Source of the DNA: Natronospirales bacterium
Lineage (GTDB): Bacteria > Pseudomonadota > Gammaproteobacteria > Natronospirales > JAIVGZ01
Reading direction: 5' to 3'
DNA: 64,000 nt
Assembly: GCA_020201335.1 (NCBI GenBank)
Contig: JAIVGZ010000033.1
Span: 29,329 to 93,328, forward strand
The notes under the pieces are model-generated. The model was not told the DNA's origin. It saw only the letters and a list, made by a program, of their open reading frames with translations, and ran no database searches. This document shows positions 22,342 to 32,424 of the stretch, one piece after another (position 1 is the stretch's first letter; every line of letters starts with the position of its first letter). The translations under genes and the position numbers were made by a program.

Positions 22342-23270
22342 GGTCGCCAAGCGGGACCCAGCGGCACGATCCCAGTCGGATTGATCGTGTGGTGGCTGCG
22401 GTAGTAGTGCTGCTTGATGTGGTCGAAATTCACGGTATCCGCAACGCCCGGGACGCGGTACAGCTCGGCGAGGAAGCGACTGAGCGCTGGGTAGTCCGCA
22501 ATGCGGCGAACGTTGCACTTGAAGTGGCCGTGGTACACAGGGTCGAAGCGGATGAGCGTCGTGAACAGGCGCCAGTCAGCCTCGGTGATGCGGTCACCGC
22601 ACAAGAAGCGTCGATCCGCGAGCCTTGCATCGAGTTCATCCAGCGCGCCAAACAGATTTTTGCACTCATCGTCGTACACGCGCTGCTCGGTTGCGAAGCC
22701 CGCCTTGTACACGCCGTTGTTCACGCGGTCATAGACGAACGCGTTGACTTTATCGATCTCGACCCGTAGTTCCGGCGGGTAAAAGTCGAGCGATGCGTCG
22801 CCGATTGCGTCGAATTCGCTGTTGAACATGCGGATGATCTCAGCCGACTCGTTGTTGACGATTGTCTGCGCTTCGCGGTCCCACAGCACCGGCACGGTCA
22901 CGCGCCCCGTGTATTCGGGTTTCGCCAGTGTGTAGATTTCGTGCAGGAAGCGCGCGCCGTTCACATCGTCCGGGATGCAGCCCGGGCCGTCGCTGAACGC
23001 CCAGCCATCCTTGCCCATGTATGGGTCAACAATCGACAGCGATATCGCTGACTCGAGCCCCTTCAACTTGCGGAAAATCAGCGTGCGGTGCGCCCACGGG
23101 CATGCGAGGGAGACATACAGGTGGTAACGACCCGCGACCGCAGGATGGCCGCCCGCACCGTCTGCAGCGACGCGGGCCCGGAACCCACTGTCCTCGCGCA
23201 CGAATTTTCCGCCGGTCGACTTGGTGTCGTACCACTCGTCCGACCACTCGCCTTTTATCAATCTACCCAT
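22338..23270 (-). CDS. yqjG: Glutathionyl-hydroquinone reductase (Xi-class GST, YqjG-like)
   Basis: Starts MGRLIKGEWSDEWYDTKSTGGKFVR and contains the catalytic YVSLACPWAHR (CPWA) motif. Confidence 0.85.
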   Translation of the reverse strand: MGRLIKGEWSDEWYDTKSTGGKFVREDSGFRARVAADGAGGHPAVAGRYHLYVSLACPWAHRTLIFRKLKGLESAISLSIVDPYMGKDGWAFSDGPGCIPDDVNGARFLHEIYTLAKPEYTGRVTVPVLWDREAQTIVNNESAEIIRMFNSEFDAIGDASLDFYPPELRVEIDKVNAFVYDRVNNGVYKAGFATEQRVYDDECKNLFGALDELDARLADRRFLCGDRITEADWRLFTTLIRFDPVYHGHFKCNVRRIADYPALSRFLAELYRVPGVADTVNFDHIKQHYYRSHHTINPTGIVPLGPAWRP

Positions 23271-23309
23271 CGCTGCATTGTAACGCCCACAATCCGCTAA
23301 CATCAGCAG

Positions 23310-24077
23310 ATGCTCGGATTTCTCCGCTCGCTGCGGCGCAAACGGCTGCTGGCGAACAATTCGATTCCTGACCGCGCGTGGCAGTCGCTGCTAGCGACCG
23401 CCCCGACTTTGCAACGGCTCGACCCCAGCCAGCAGGCGCGGCTCCGCGAACTCGCTTTGCTGTTTCTGCACGAGAAGCGGCTCGAGCCCGCCGGTGAGCT
23501 TCAGCTCACCGACGCGATGCGGTTGCGAATCGCGGCATTGGCAGTGCTTCCGATTCTGGAACTCGGCCTCGACCTGTACGACGGATTCGTCTCGGTCATC
23601 GTCTACCCGGGGGAGTTCGTGGTGCGGAACCGCGAGCACATCGATGAGGCAGGCGTCGTCCATACCGCGGACGACGTTCTGAGCGGCGAAGCGTGGGAAC
23701 GCGGCCCGGTGGTACTGGGCTGGACCGATGTCGACGCGAGTGGGCGCGGCGACGGGTACAACGTCGTGATTCATGAATTCGCGCACAAGCTGGACGCACT
23801 TGATGGGGTAACCAACGGCATTCCACCGCTTCACCGCTCGATGCGCACGCGCGCCTGGAGCGAAGCGTTCCAGCAGGCCTTCGACCGGCTGAACGCGGAA
23901 CTCGACCGCGACGAGGAAACCTGGCTGGATCCGTACGCGGCCGAGAGCCCGGCCGAATTCTTTGCGGTGTGCGTCGAGATGTTTTTCGAGGTGCCGGACA
24001 CGTTCGCCGCGCGCTACCCGGAGGTGTACGGACAGCTTGCCGCCTATTTCCGGCAGGACCCCGCGGGCGTTACTTGA
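23310..24077 (+). CDS. mtfA: M90 family zinc peptidase MtfA
   Basis: VIHEFAHKLD motif and the full-length MtfA pattern. 255 aa. Confidence 0.85.
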   Translation: MLGFLRSLRRKRLLANNSIPDRAWQSLLATAPTLQRLDPSQQARLRELALLFLHEKRLEPAGELQLTDAMRLRIAALAVLPILELGLDLYDGFVSVIVYPGEFVVRNREHIDEAGVVHTADDVLSGEAWERGPVVLGWTDVDASGRGDGYNVVIHEFAHKLDALDGVTNGIPPLHRSMRTRAWSEAFQQAFDRLNAELDRDEETWLDPYAAESPAEFFAVCVEMFFEVPDTFAARYPEVYGQLAAYFRQDPAGVT

Positions 24078-24633
24078 CGCGAGCCGCGCACGCGGCCAGC
24101 CCGTACCATGCGTCATCCCAAGCGGCACCGGGCGGCGCCGCCAGCAGCGCATCGAGCGCTTCGCCGAGCGTATCAATCGTGACGGTTGCTTGCGGAGTGC
24201 CTTTCGGGAACGACACAGGGCCCAGTAGCACGACCAACCCGTGTACCGGAACGCCGGGGACCAGGCTACGTACCGCGAGCACGCGTGATCGGTTCGACGC
24301 CACCGGGTTCCGGAATTTATGGGCCCGGCGCCCAGCCATTACCGTCCACTCGTCGATCGACGGCGCGCCGAATACCGCGCCTGCCACCGGTACCACGTCG
24401 ACGACGACGAAGCCCGCATCGGTCCGCAATATGTGTGACACATGTATCTGACCGTCCAGCCCATCCGGAATCAATAGGTCGCGCAACAAGGCGTCGCCGT
24501 GGGCTCTGAGCACTGCACGCAAGCGCCAGCGGTAACTGCGCCGACGGCGCATCACCAGCCATGTGGCGAGGCCGGCCACGGCGAGCGCACCGGGTATGGC
24601 CCACGATGTCCACTGCGGAAGGTCGGAGAGCAT
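24070..24633 (-). CDS. Membrane-anchored NERD domain protein (tentative)
   Basis: Start at MLSDLPQW. It has one N-terminal TM segment, then ..QIHVSHILRTDAGFVVVDVVP.., which resembles the NERD core (iDHlli..Gi.vvE.K). Confidence 0.5.
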   Translation of the reverse strand: MLSDLPQWTSWAIPGALAVAGLATWLVMRRRRSYRWRLRAVLRAHGDALLRDLLIPDGLDGQIHVSHILRTDAGFVVVDVVPVAGAVFGAPSIDEWTVMAGRRAHKFRNPVASNRSRVLAVRSLVPGVPVHGLVVLLGPVSFPKGTPQATVTIDTLGEALDALLAAPPGAAWDDAWYGLAACAARVK

Positions 24634-24643
24634 CTGCACGCGG

Positions 24644-25525
24644 TCAGTATAAATGCTTCTGCGCCAACAAGATGCCGCCGAGGTACACAGCGACTGCGCT
24701 CCAGATGAAGGTGAACGCGACCAGGCGGGCGCCGCCGAATGGCTCTTCGAACACGAACACAGCGAGCAGGAATGCAATGCTCGGCGCGAGGTACTGCATG
24801 AAACCAATCGTCGTCAGCGGCAGCCGACGCGTCGCCTGCGTGAACCAGTACAGCGGCACCGTAGTCACGATGCCCGCGGCGACCAGCAGCAGGTCGGTCG
24901 AAATGCCGGCCTGCAGGAAGTGCCCCTGCCCCGTTCGGTATAACCATGCGACACCCGCGTACGCAAACGGCGCAAGCATCAGCGTCTCGATGAAGAGGCC
25001 TTGCAGCGACTCGGCCCGCACCGTCTTGCGCACGAGCCCGTAGAAGCCGAAGGTGAACGCAAGCACCAGCGCAATCCACGGCAGCCCGCCCTGCGCCCAG
25101 GTCATCCAGCCCGTACCGACGACAGCCAGCATGACGGCAACCCACTGGAACGGTCGTAGCCGCTCGCGCAGAAAAATCATGCCCAGCACCATGCTGACCA
25201 GCGGATTGATGTAGTAGCCGAGGCTCGCCTCGAGCAAGCGGTCGGTCTGGATTGCGATGATATACACGAGCCAGTTTGTGCCGATCAGGAGCGCGCTGAC
25301 CGCGAGCATCCCGAACGCGCGCCGGTCGAGTGGCCGCCATGCCCGCTGCCACCACACGAACACCGCCAGCATCGGTACCGCCCAGACGATCCGATGCGCG
25401 AGCAATTCGATTGCAGGGACGTGTGCGACGGCCTTGAAATAGATTGGCGCGAAGCCCCAGAACAGGAACGCGGCCAGCCCGTAGGCGAGTCCGGCGCGGC
25501 GCTCGATTTGCGGGTCTTGGGTCAT
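24644..25525 (-). CDS. rarD: EamA/RarD family transporter
   Basis: GLAAFLFWGFAPIYFK and 10-TM hydrophobicity. Start at MTQDPQ gives 293 aa. An upstream ATG at 25558 is also possible. Confidence 0.8.
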   Translation of the reverse strand: MTQDPQIERRAGLAYGLAAFLFWGFAPIYFKAVAHVPAIELLAHRIVWAVPMLAVFVWWQRAWRPLDRRAFGMLAVSALLIGTNWLVYIIAIQTDRLLEASLGYYINPLVSMVLGMIFLRERLRPFQWVAVMLAVVGTGWMTWAQGGLPWIALVLAFTFGFYGLVRKTVRAESLQGLFIETLMLAPFAYAGVAWLYRTGQGHFLQAGISTDLLLVAAGIVTTVPLYWFTQATRRLPLTTIGFMQYLAPSIAFLLAVFVFEEPFGGARLVAFTFIWSAVAVYLGGILLAQKHLY

Positions 25526-25550
25526 CGCGGCGCGCAGCGTACCATACGGC

Positions 25551-25856
25551 ATGGCCACAGCATTCCAGAGCTTCCGGGACTTCTACCCGTATTACCTGTC
25601 GGAGCATTCGAACGTCGTTTGCCGGCGCCTGCATTTTGTCGGCTCATGGGTCGCACTGGTGTTCGCCGGGCTCGCGGTCGGTACGCTGAATCCCTGGTGG
25701 TTACTCGGCGCGCTGCTGTCCGGCTATGCATTCGCGTGGGTCGGCCATTTCGTGTTTGAGAAGAACCGCCCCGCGACCTTCCGGTACCCGTTCTACAGCT
25801 TTGCCGGGGATTGGGTGATGTTTGCCGACATCCTCCGCGGAAAGGTCCGCATCTGA
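25551..25856 (+). CDS. DUF962 (Mpo1-like) membrane protein
   Basis: FYPYYLSEHSNVVCRRLHFVG...GHFVFEKNRPATF pattern. Confidence 0.75.
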   Translation: MATAFQSFRDFYPYYLSEHSNVVCRRLHFVGSWVALVFAGLAVGTLNPWWLLGALLSGYAFAWVGHFVFEKNRPATFRYPFYSFAGDWVMFADILRGKVRI

Positions 25857-25861
25857 CCTAT

Positions 25862-25972
25862 CCCTGTGGGAGCGAATCTGTCCCCCCTCCCTGTGGGAGC
25901 GAATCTGTCCCCCTCCCTGTGGGAGCGAATCTGTCCCCCTCCCTGTGGGAGCGAATCTGTGATTCGCGACAG
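25862..25972 (+). repeat. Tandem array: three head-only REP units plus one complete REP
   Basis: CTGTGGGAGCGAATCTGT begins at 25864, 25891, 25917 and 25943 (periods 27, 26 and 26 nt). The first three copies are followed by CCCCC(C)TCC. The last is followed by GATTCGCGAC, which completes the hairpin. Confidence 0.9.
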
Positions 25973-25998
25973 GTGGGGGTTCACCTTCAGCACCATTA

Positions 25999-26013
25999 GG
26001 ACTAAAATGGTCC
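25999..26013 (+). promoter_or_regulatory. Possible suf promoter/operator (TAAAAT inside a GGAC..GTCC inverted repeat)
   Basis: GGACTAAAATGGTCC ends 3 nt before the ATG at 26017. It could be a -10 for a near-leaderless transcript and an autoregulatory Rrf2 site. This is speculative. Confidence 0.25.
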
Positions 26014-26016
26014 ACT

Positions 26017-26457
26017 ATGCTGAGGATGAGCAAATTGACCGATTACGGCACCGTGCTACTGGCCTATATGGCCCGCGAGCCCGGGCGGCTGTTTTCGGCC
26101 CAGGAACTCGCTGAGCGCACGCAACTCGCCGCGCCGACCGTGGCAAAGCTGCTGAAGGCCTTGGGTAAAGCGGGCCTCCTGGACTCGCAGCGTGGCGCCC
26201 GCGGCGGCTACGCCCTCGCGCGCGCGCCTGCAGACATCTCAGCGGTCGACATCATCGACGCAATTGAAGGCCCGGTGGCACTCACCGAATGTGCAACCGG
26301 CCACAGCACCTGCAACATCGAAGCAGGCTGCGGCGTCGGCCACAATTGGCAACGCATCAACTCCGGTATTCGCAGCGCGCTCAAGGCGGTCACGCTCGCC
26401 GAACTGACTCGCCCGATGGCGGTGCCACTCATTGACCTGCGCGCCCAGCGGCGCTGA
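26017..26457 (+). CDS. Rrf2 family transcriptional regulator heading the suf operon
   Basis: Contains [15 protein letters not shown] and [10 protein letters not shown], plus a Cys-containing C-terminal region ([17 protein letters not shown]). An ATG at 26026 is an alternative start. Confidence 0.85.
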   Translation: MLRMSKLTDYGTVLLAYMAREPGRLFSAQELAERTQLAAPTVAKLLKALGKAGLLDSQRGARGGYALARAPADISAVDIIDAIEGPVALTECATGHSTCNIEAGCGVGHNWQRINSGIRSALKAVTLAELTRPMAVPLIDLRAQRR

Positions 26458-26468
26458 CGCGGATACCC

Positions 26469-27917
<1,449 letters not shown>

Positions 27918-27935
27918 ATGATCCAAACGAACAAA

Positions 27936-27963
27936 TGTAGGAGCGGTGCTCCGCACCGCGATT
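27936..27963 (+). repeat. REP-like element (GCGGTGC-TCC-GCACCGC type)
   Basis: TGTAGGAGCGGTGCTCCGCACCGCGATT lies in the sufB-sufC spacer. Confidence 0.9.
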
Positions 27964-27972
27964 GGAGTGGAA

Positions 27973-28728
27973 ATGCTGAAAATTGAAAACCTGAAAGTCC
28001 GCGTCGCCGGCCAGGAAATCCTCAAGGGCCTGGACCTCGAGGTGAATGCCGGCGAGGTACACGCGATCATGGGTCCGAACGGCTCCGGCAAGAGCACCCT
28101 CGCCCATGTACTCGCGGGCCGCCCAGGCTACGAGGTCACCGGCGGTAGCGCGCTGTACGAAGGCCGCGACTTGCTCGCAATGGCACCCGAGGAGCGTGCG
28201 CGCGAGGGCGTGTTCCTGGCATTCCAGTACCCGGTCGAGATCCCTGGCGTCAACAACGTGTACTTCCTGAAGGCGGCGATTAACGCCGTGCGCCGCCATC
28301 GCGGCGAGCAGGAGCTCGACGCGATGGACTTCCTCGCGCTGGTCAAAGAACGAATCAAGCTGGTCGAGCTCGACGAGAGCCTGCTGAACCGCTCGATCAA
28401 CGAAGGCTTCTCCGGCGGCGAGAAAAAGCGCAACGAAATATTCCAGATGGCGGTGCTCGAGCCCAAGCTCGCCCTGCTCGACGAGACCGATTCAGGCCTC
28501 GACATCGACGCACTACGCGTCGTCGCTGCCGGCATCAACGCGCTGCGATCACCGGACCGCGCGATGGTGCTTGTCACCCATTACCAGCGTCTGCTCGACT
28601 ACGTAAAGCCGGATGTCGTGCATGTGCTCTCCGCCGGCCGCATCGTAAAGAGCGGCCCCCCGGAACTTGCGAAGGAACTGGAGACGCGAGGTTACGACTG
28701 GGTCGTGCAGGAGGCGCGCAGCGCATGA
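27973..28728 (+). CDS. sufC: Fe-S cluster assembly ATPase SufC
   Basis: Starts MLKIENL, with Walker A GPNGSGKST and the ABC signature FSGGEKKR. 251 aa. Confidence 0.95.
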   Translation: MLKIENLKVRVAGQEILKGLDLEVNAGEVHAIMGPNGSGKSTLAHVLAGRPGYEVTGGSALYEGRDLLAMAPEERAREGVFLAFQYPVEIPGVNNVYFLKAAINAVRRHRGEQELDAMDFLALVKERIKLVELDESLLNRSINEGFSGGEKKRNEIFQMAVLEPKLALLDETDSGLDIDALRVVAAGINALRSPDRAMVLVTHYQRLLDYVKPDVVHVLSAGRIVKSGPPELAKELETRGYDWVVQEARSA

Positions 28729-29870
28729 ACGCGCTGGTCGACTGGTTGCCACGTCCCGGAGACGAGGCGTACAAGTACACCTCGTTCGCCGCGCTGGCGC
28801 GCCGCAAGTACGCGGCGCCGGCACCCGGCACGGTCGATGCCGCGCAGCTGCCCGCGCCATTTGGCGCCCGCCTCCTATTCGTCGATGGCCGCCTTCAGGA
28901 CCGCGACGGAGCGCCTGAATGTGGGAGCGGTGCTCCGCACCGCGATTTGCCTGAATCTGCCACCGCCCTCCGCAAGATGAACGCGGCCCTTGCGACCGAA
29001 TCCATCACACTCGACATCCCTCCCGACACCGACGCGGGCGTCATCGAACTCCTGTTCGCGTCCAGCGACCACGCCACGCCCGTAGCCTCGTACCCGCAGG
29101 TCACAGTCACGGTCGGCGCAAACGCCAAGGTCACGCTGGTCGAACGCCATGTCGCACTTGGCGAGGCGCAAGACTTCACTAACCTTGCCATAGACATGCA
29201 GGTTGCACGCGGTGCGTGCGTAACCCACATCGCGTTGCAACAGGGAGCGACCGGCGCCGCGCTGGCGACCGGGCTCCACGCGACGCTCGCGGTGGATGCG
29301 CAATTCGACAGCCACGCTGTGCACCTTGGGGGCGCACTCGTGCGTGCCGACCTGACGGTCACGCTGGCCGGGCGCGGTGCGCGCTGCGCGTTATACGGGG
29401 TGCACCTGCCCGGCATGCGCCAGCACATCGACACACATACCCGCATCGAGCACATGGTACGCGACACGACCAGCGTCGAGGAATATCGCGCCGTCGTCGA
29501 CCGCGGCGGTCGCTCGGTGTTCAACGGCAAGGTTTTCGTTGCAAAGGGTGCGGACGGCACTGACGCGCAGCAGTTCAACGCGAACCTGCTTCTGTCCGAG
29601 CAGGCGGAAGCGGACACCAAGCCGGAGCTCGAGATATACGCCGACGACGTTAAATGTGCGCACGGCGCGACGGTCGGCAAGCTCGATGAGGCCGCAATGT
29701 TCTACCTGCGCACGCGCGGCATCGGCGTGGAGGCCGCACGCAGCGTACTCATTTGGGCGTTCGTCGAGACGGTACTGACGAAAATTCCGTTGGCTGACGC
29801 ACGCCGCTCAATCGAGGATGCGGTGCTGGCGCGGCTGCCGGATGCGGGCCTGATCGGGGAGTTCCGGTGA
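28725..29870 (+). CDS. sufD: Fe-S cluster assembly protein SufD
   Basis: Sits after sufC with a 4-nt overlap. C-terminal SufBD pattern (KPELEIYADDVKCAHGATVG). Confidence 0.9.
   Translation: MNALVDWLPRPGDEAYKYTSFAALARRKYAAPAPGTVDAAQLPAPFGARLLFVDGRLQDRDGAPECGSGAPHRDLPESATALRKMNAALATESITLDIPPDTDAGVIELLFASSDHATPVASYPQVTVTVGANAKVTLVERHVALGEAQDFTNLAIDMQVARGACVTHIALQQGATGAALATGLHATLAVDAQFDSHAVHLGGALVRADLTVTLAGRGARCALYGVHLPGMRQHIDTHTRIEHMVRDTTSVEEYRAVVDRGGRSVFNGKVFVAKGADGTDAQQFNANLLLSEQAEADTKPELEIYADDVKCAHGATVGKLDEAAMFYLRTRGIGVEAARSVLIWAFVETVLTKIPLADARRSIEDAVLARLPDAGLIGEFR
28920..28947 (+). repeat. REP-like element embedded in frame in sufD
   Basis: TGTGGGAGCGGTGCTCCGCACCGCGATT is translated as ECGSGAPHRDL. 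It is flanked by GCCTGAAT at 28913-28920 and 28949-28956. Confidence 0.9.
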
Positions 29871-31108
29871 GCGCGCGTCCTGCCCCACCTGCGCTCGACG
29901 CCGCCCGCGTACGCGCGGATTTCCCGTTGCTCGCACAGAGCGTGCACGGCAAGCCGCTCGTCTACCTCGACAACGCCGCGACGACACAGAAGCCGCGCCA
30001 GGTACTTGAGGCGCTCGACGCGTATTACCGCACCGACAACGCGAATGTTCATCGCGGTGTGCACCAGTTATCGGAACGCGCGACCGCTGCGTACGAAGGT
30101 GCGCGCGACCGCATCGCAGGCTTCATCAACGCCGCGAGTCGGCGCGAGCTCGTGTTCGTGCGCGGCACCACCGAGGCGATCAACCTGGTTGCCCAATCGT
30201 TTCTGCGGCCACGGCTCCAGCCCGGTGACGAAATCCTCGTCAGCCAGCTAGAACACCACTCGAACATCGTGCCGTGGCAGCTCGTCGCCGAGCAGACCGG
30301 CGCGACCGTACGAACAATCCCGATGAACCGGGAAGGCGAGCTGGTACTCGATGCCCTGGACGGCCTACTGCATGAGCGGACGAAGCTCCTGGCGGTCGGC
30401 CATGTTTCAAATGCGCTGGGCACGGTCAACCCGCTAGACACGATAATTGCCGCAGCGCGGCGCCACGGCGTCCCGGTACTGGTAGACGGCGCGCAGGCGC
30501 TCCCGCACATGGCGGTCGACGTCCGCGCGCTGGGCTGCGACTTCTATGCGTTCTCCGGCCACAAGATGTTTGGGCCCACCGGTATCGGCTGCCTGTGGGC
30601 GCGCGAGTCGCTGCTCGAAGCGATGCCGCCATGGCAAGGAGGCGGCGACATGATCCGCTCGGTGCGCTTCACTGGTTCCGAGTGGGCCGAGCTGCCCTAT
30701 AAGTTCGAGGCCGGCACCCCAAACATCGCCGGTGCGATTGGGCTCGGTGCCACGGTCGATTACCTCGTAGACATCGGTATGGACCGCATAGCGGCATACG
30801 AGCATGAGCTACTCGCGTACGCGACCGACGCGTTGCGCGGCGTTCCGGAGCTCACGCTGGTCGGCACCGCCCGCACCAAAGCCGCGGTGCTGTCCTTCAC
30901 ACTCGGGAGCATCCATCCGCACGACATCGGCACGATTGTCGATGCGGAAGGGGTGGCAATCCGCACCGGCCACCACTGTGCGATGCCGGTTATGGAGTTT
31001 CTTGGTATCCCGGCGACCGCACGCGCGTCGCTCGCGTTCTACAACACGCGCGCTGACATCGACGCTCTGGTGCGGGCGCTCGCACGCGTGCGTGAGGTGT
31101 TTCACTGA
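29867..31108 (+). CDS. sufS: Cysteine desulfurase SufS
   Basis: Contains NANVHRGVH, SGHKMFGPTGIG (PLP lysine) and HHCAMP (catalytic Cys loop). Confidence 0.95.
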   Translation: MSARPAPPALDAARVRADFPLLAQSVHGKPLVYLDNAATTQKPRQVLEALDAYYRTDNANVHRGVHQLSERATAAYEGARDRIAGFINAASRRELVFVRGTTEAINLVAQSFLRPRLQPGDEILVSQLEHHSNIVPWQLVAEQTGATVRTIPMNREGELVLDALDGLLHERTKLLAVGHVSNALGTVNPLDTIIAAARRHGVPVLVDGAQALPHMAVDVRALGCDFYAFSGHKMFGPTGIGCLWARESLLEAMPPWQGGGDMIRSVRFTGSEWAELPYKFEAGTPNIAGAIGLGATVDYLVDIGMDRIAAYEHELLAYATDALRGVPELTLVGTARTKAAVLSFTLGSIHPHDIGTIVDAEGVAIRTGHHCAMPVMEFLGIPATARASLAFYNTRADIDALVRALARVREVFH

Positions 31109-31545
31109 TGGACCTGCGCGACCTGTACCAGGAAGTGATAGTCGACCATAACCGGTCGCCGCGGAACTTCCGCCGCATCGACGCGCCGACGAAAAGCCTC
31201 GAAGGCTTCAACCCGCTGTGCGGGGACCGCCTGACCGTTTACCTGACGGTAAACGACGGCACGATTTCCGACGTCGCGTTCGAAGGCAGTGGCTGCGCGA
31301 TCTCGGTCGCGTCGGCGTCGCTGATGACCGAAGCGCTGAAAGGCAAGCCAATCGCCGAAGCAGACCGTCTGTTCGCGCAGGTGCATGGGCTGCTGACCGG
31401 TGCCACCGATGCCGCGCCCGAGGGCAAGCTCGCGGTGCTCGGCGGTGTGCGCGAATACCCGTCACGCATCAAGTGCGCGACGCTCGCCTGGCACACGCTC
31501 ACCGGCGCGCTGCACGGCGCCGACCGCCCGGTGTCGACAGAATGA
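31108..31545 (+). CDS. sufU: SUF system NifU/IscU-like sulfur acceptor SufU
   Basis: Contains LYQEVIVDHNRSPRNF, NPLCGD and GSGCAIS. Confidence 0.85.
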   Translation: MDLRDLYQEVIVDHNRSPRNFRRIDAPTKSLEGFNPLCGDRLTVYLTVNDGTISDVAFEGSGCAISVASASLMTEALKGKPIAEADRLFAQVHGLLTGATDAAPEGKLAVLGGVREYPSRIKCATLAWHTLTGALHGADRPVSTE

Positions 31546-32099
31546 CCGCGTCGCTCAACACGCGCGAGCCGGTTGTGCTCGAACGCGATACCGATGCGGT
31601 GCTGATCCCAGCCGGCACGCCGGTGCGCATCCCGGCCGGCACCGAGGTCGTGATCACGCAGGCGCTCGGCGGTACCTTCACGGTGTTCGTCAACGGCAAC
31701 CTCGCGCGCATCGAAGCGAAGGACGCCGATGCGCTCGGTATCGAAGTCGCACAGCAGGCCGCTCAGCCAAAGACCGCAGACGGCCCGGTCAGCCCCGATG
31801 AAGTCTGGGCGCAGCTCAAGACCTGCTACGACCCGGAGATCCCCGTCGACATCGTTGAGCTCGGGCTCATCTACGACATGGCCGTCGAGCCGACCGACGA
31901 GGGCGGCAACCGCGTCAAGGTCACGATGACGCTCACCGCGCCCGGCTGTGGCATGGGCGAATACCTGAAGGCAGACGTCGAGCAGAAGGTCCGCGCGGTG
32001 CGCAACGTCACCGACGCGGAAGTTGAACTCACTTTCGACCCGCCGTGGGACCGTGACCGTATGTCGGATGCCGCGAAACTCGCGCTCGGGATGTACTGA
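31542..32099 (+). CDS. sufT: SufT-like Fe-S assembly protein (DUF59/MIP18 domain)
   Basis: Start at MTASLN, an ATGA overlap with sufU. C-terminal DUF59 pattern (LKTCYDPEIPVDIVELGLIY...MTLTAPGCGMG). Confidence 0.75.
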   Translation: MTASLNTREPVVLERDTDAVLIPAGTPVRIPAGTEVVITQALGGTFTVFVNGNLARIEAKDADALGIEVAQQAAQPKTADGPVSPDEVWAQLKTCYDPEIPVDIVELGLIYDMAVEPTDEGGNRVKVTMTLTAPGCGMGEYLKADVEQKVRAVRNVTDAEVELTFDPPWDRDRMSDAAKLALGMY

Positions 32100-32416
32100 T
32101 GGCGTGGGTCGAGGTCGGGCGCACCGACGAGTTTCTGCCGGGCACACATCGGGTGGTCGAAGCCGGCGGTACCTTCATCGCCGTGTTCAACCTCGACGGA
32201 AACTTCTACGCAATTGAAGACATCTGCACGCACGACGGCGGCGAGCTGACCGGCGGCACGGTCGAAGGCGACGAGGTCATCTGCCCACGCCACGGCGCAC
32301 GGTTCTGCATCAAAACCGGCAACGCCCTGACACCGCCGGCCTACGAACCGACCGCGGCGTTCCCGGTTGTCGTCGAAGACGGCGTGATCAGGACGCGGGA
32401 CGACCGCTGGGACTAG
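32099..32416 (+). CDS. Rieske [2Fe-2S] ferredoxin-like protein
   Basis: Rieske ligands CTHDGGEL...CPRHGARF. 105 aa. Confidence 0.85.
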   Translation: MAWVEVGRTDEFLPGTHRVVEAGGTFIAVFNLDGNFYAIEDICTHDGGELTGGTVEGDEVICPRHGARFCIKTGNALTPPAYEPTAAFPVVVEDGVIRTRDDRWD

Positions 32417-32424
32417 CGTGAGTC

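Noticed and set aside
25862-25972. Possible small CRISPR array (regular 26-27 nt periodicity)
   Set aside because: The variable part between repeats is only an invariant C-rich 8-9 nt linker, so there are no unique spacers. The repeat is the head of a dispersed REP family, and no cas genes are present in the window.
31218-31541. Long N-terminal extension of the SufT ORF (293-aa version)
   Set aside because: The extension is Arg-rich and overlaps sufU in another frame. The ATG at 31542 gives the classic ATGA coupling.
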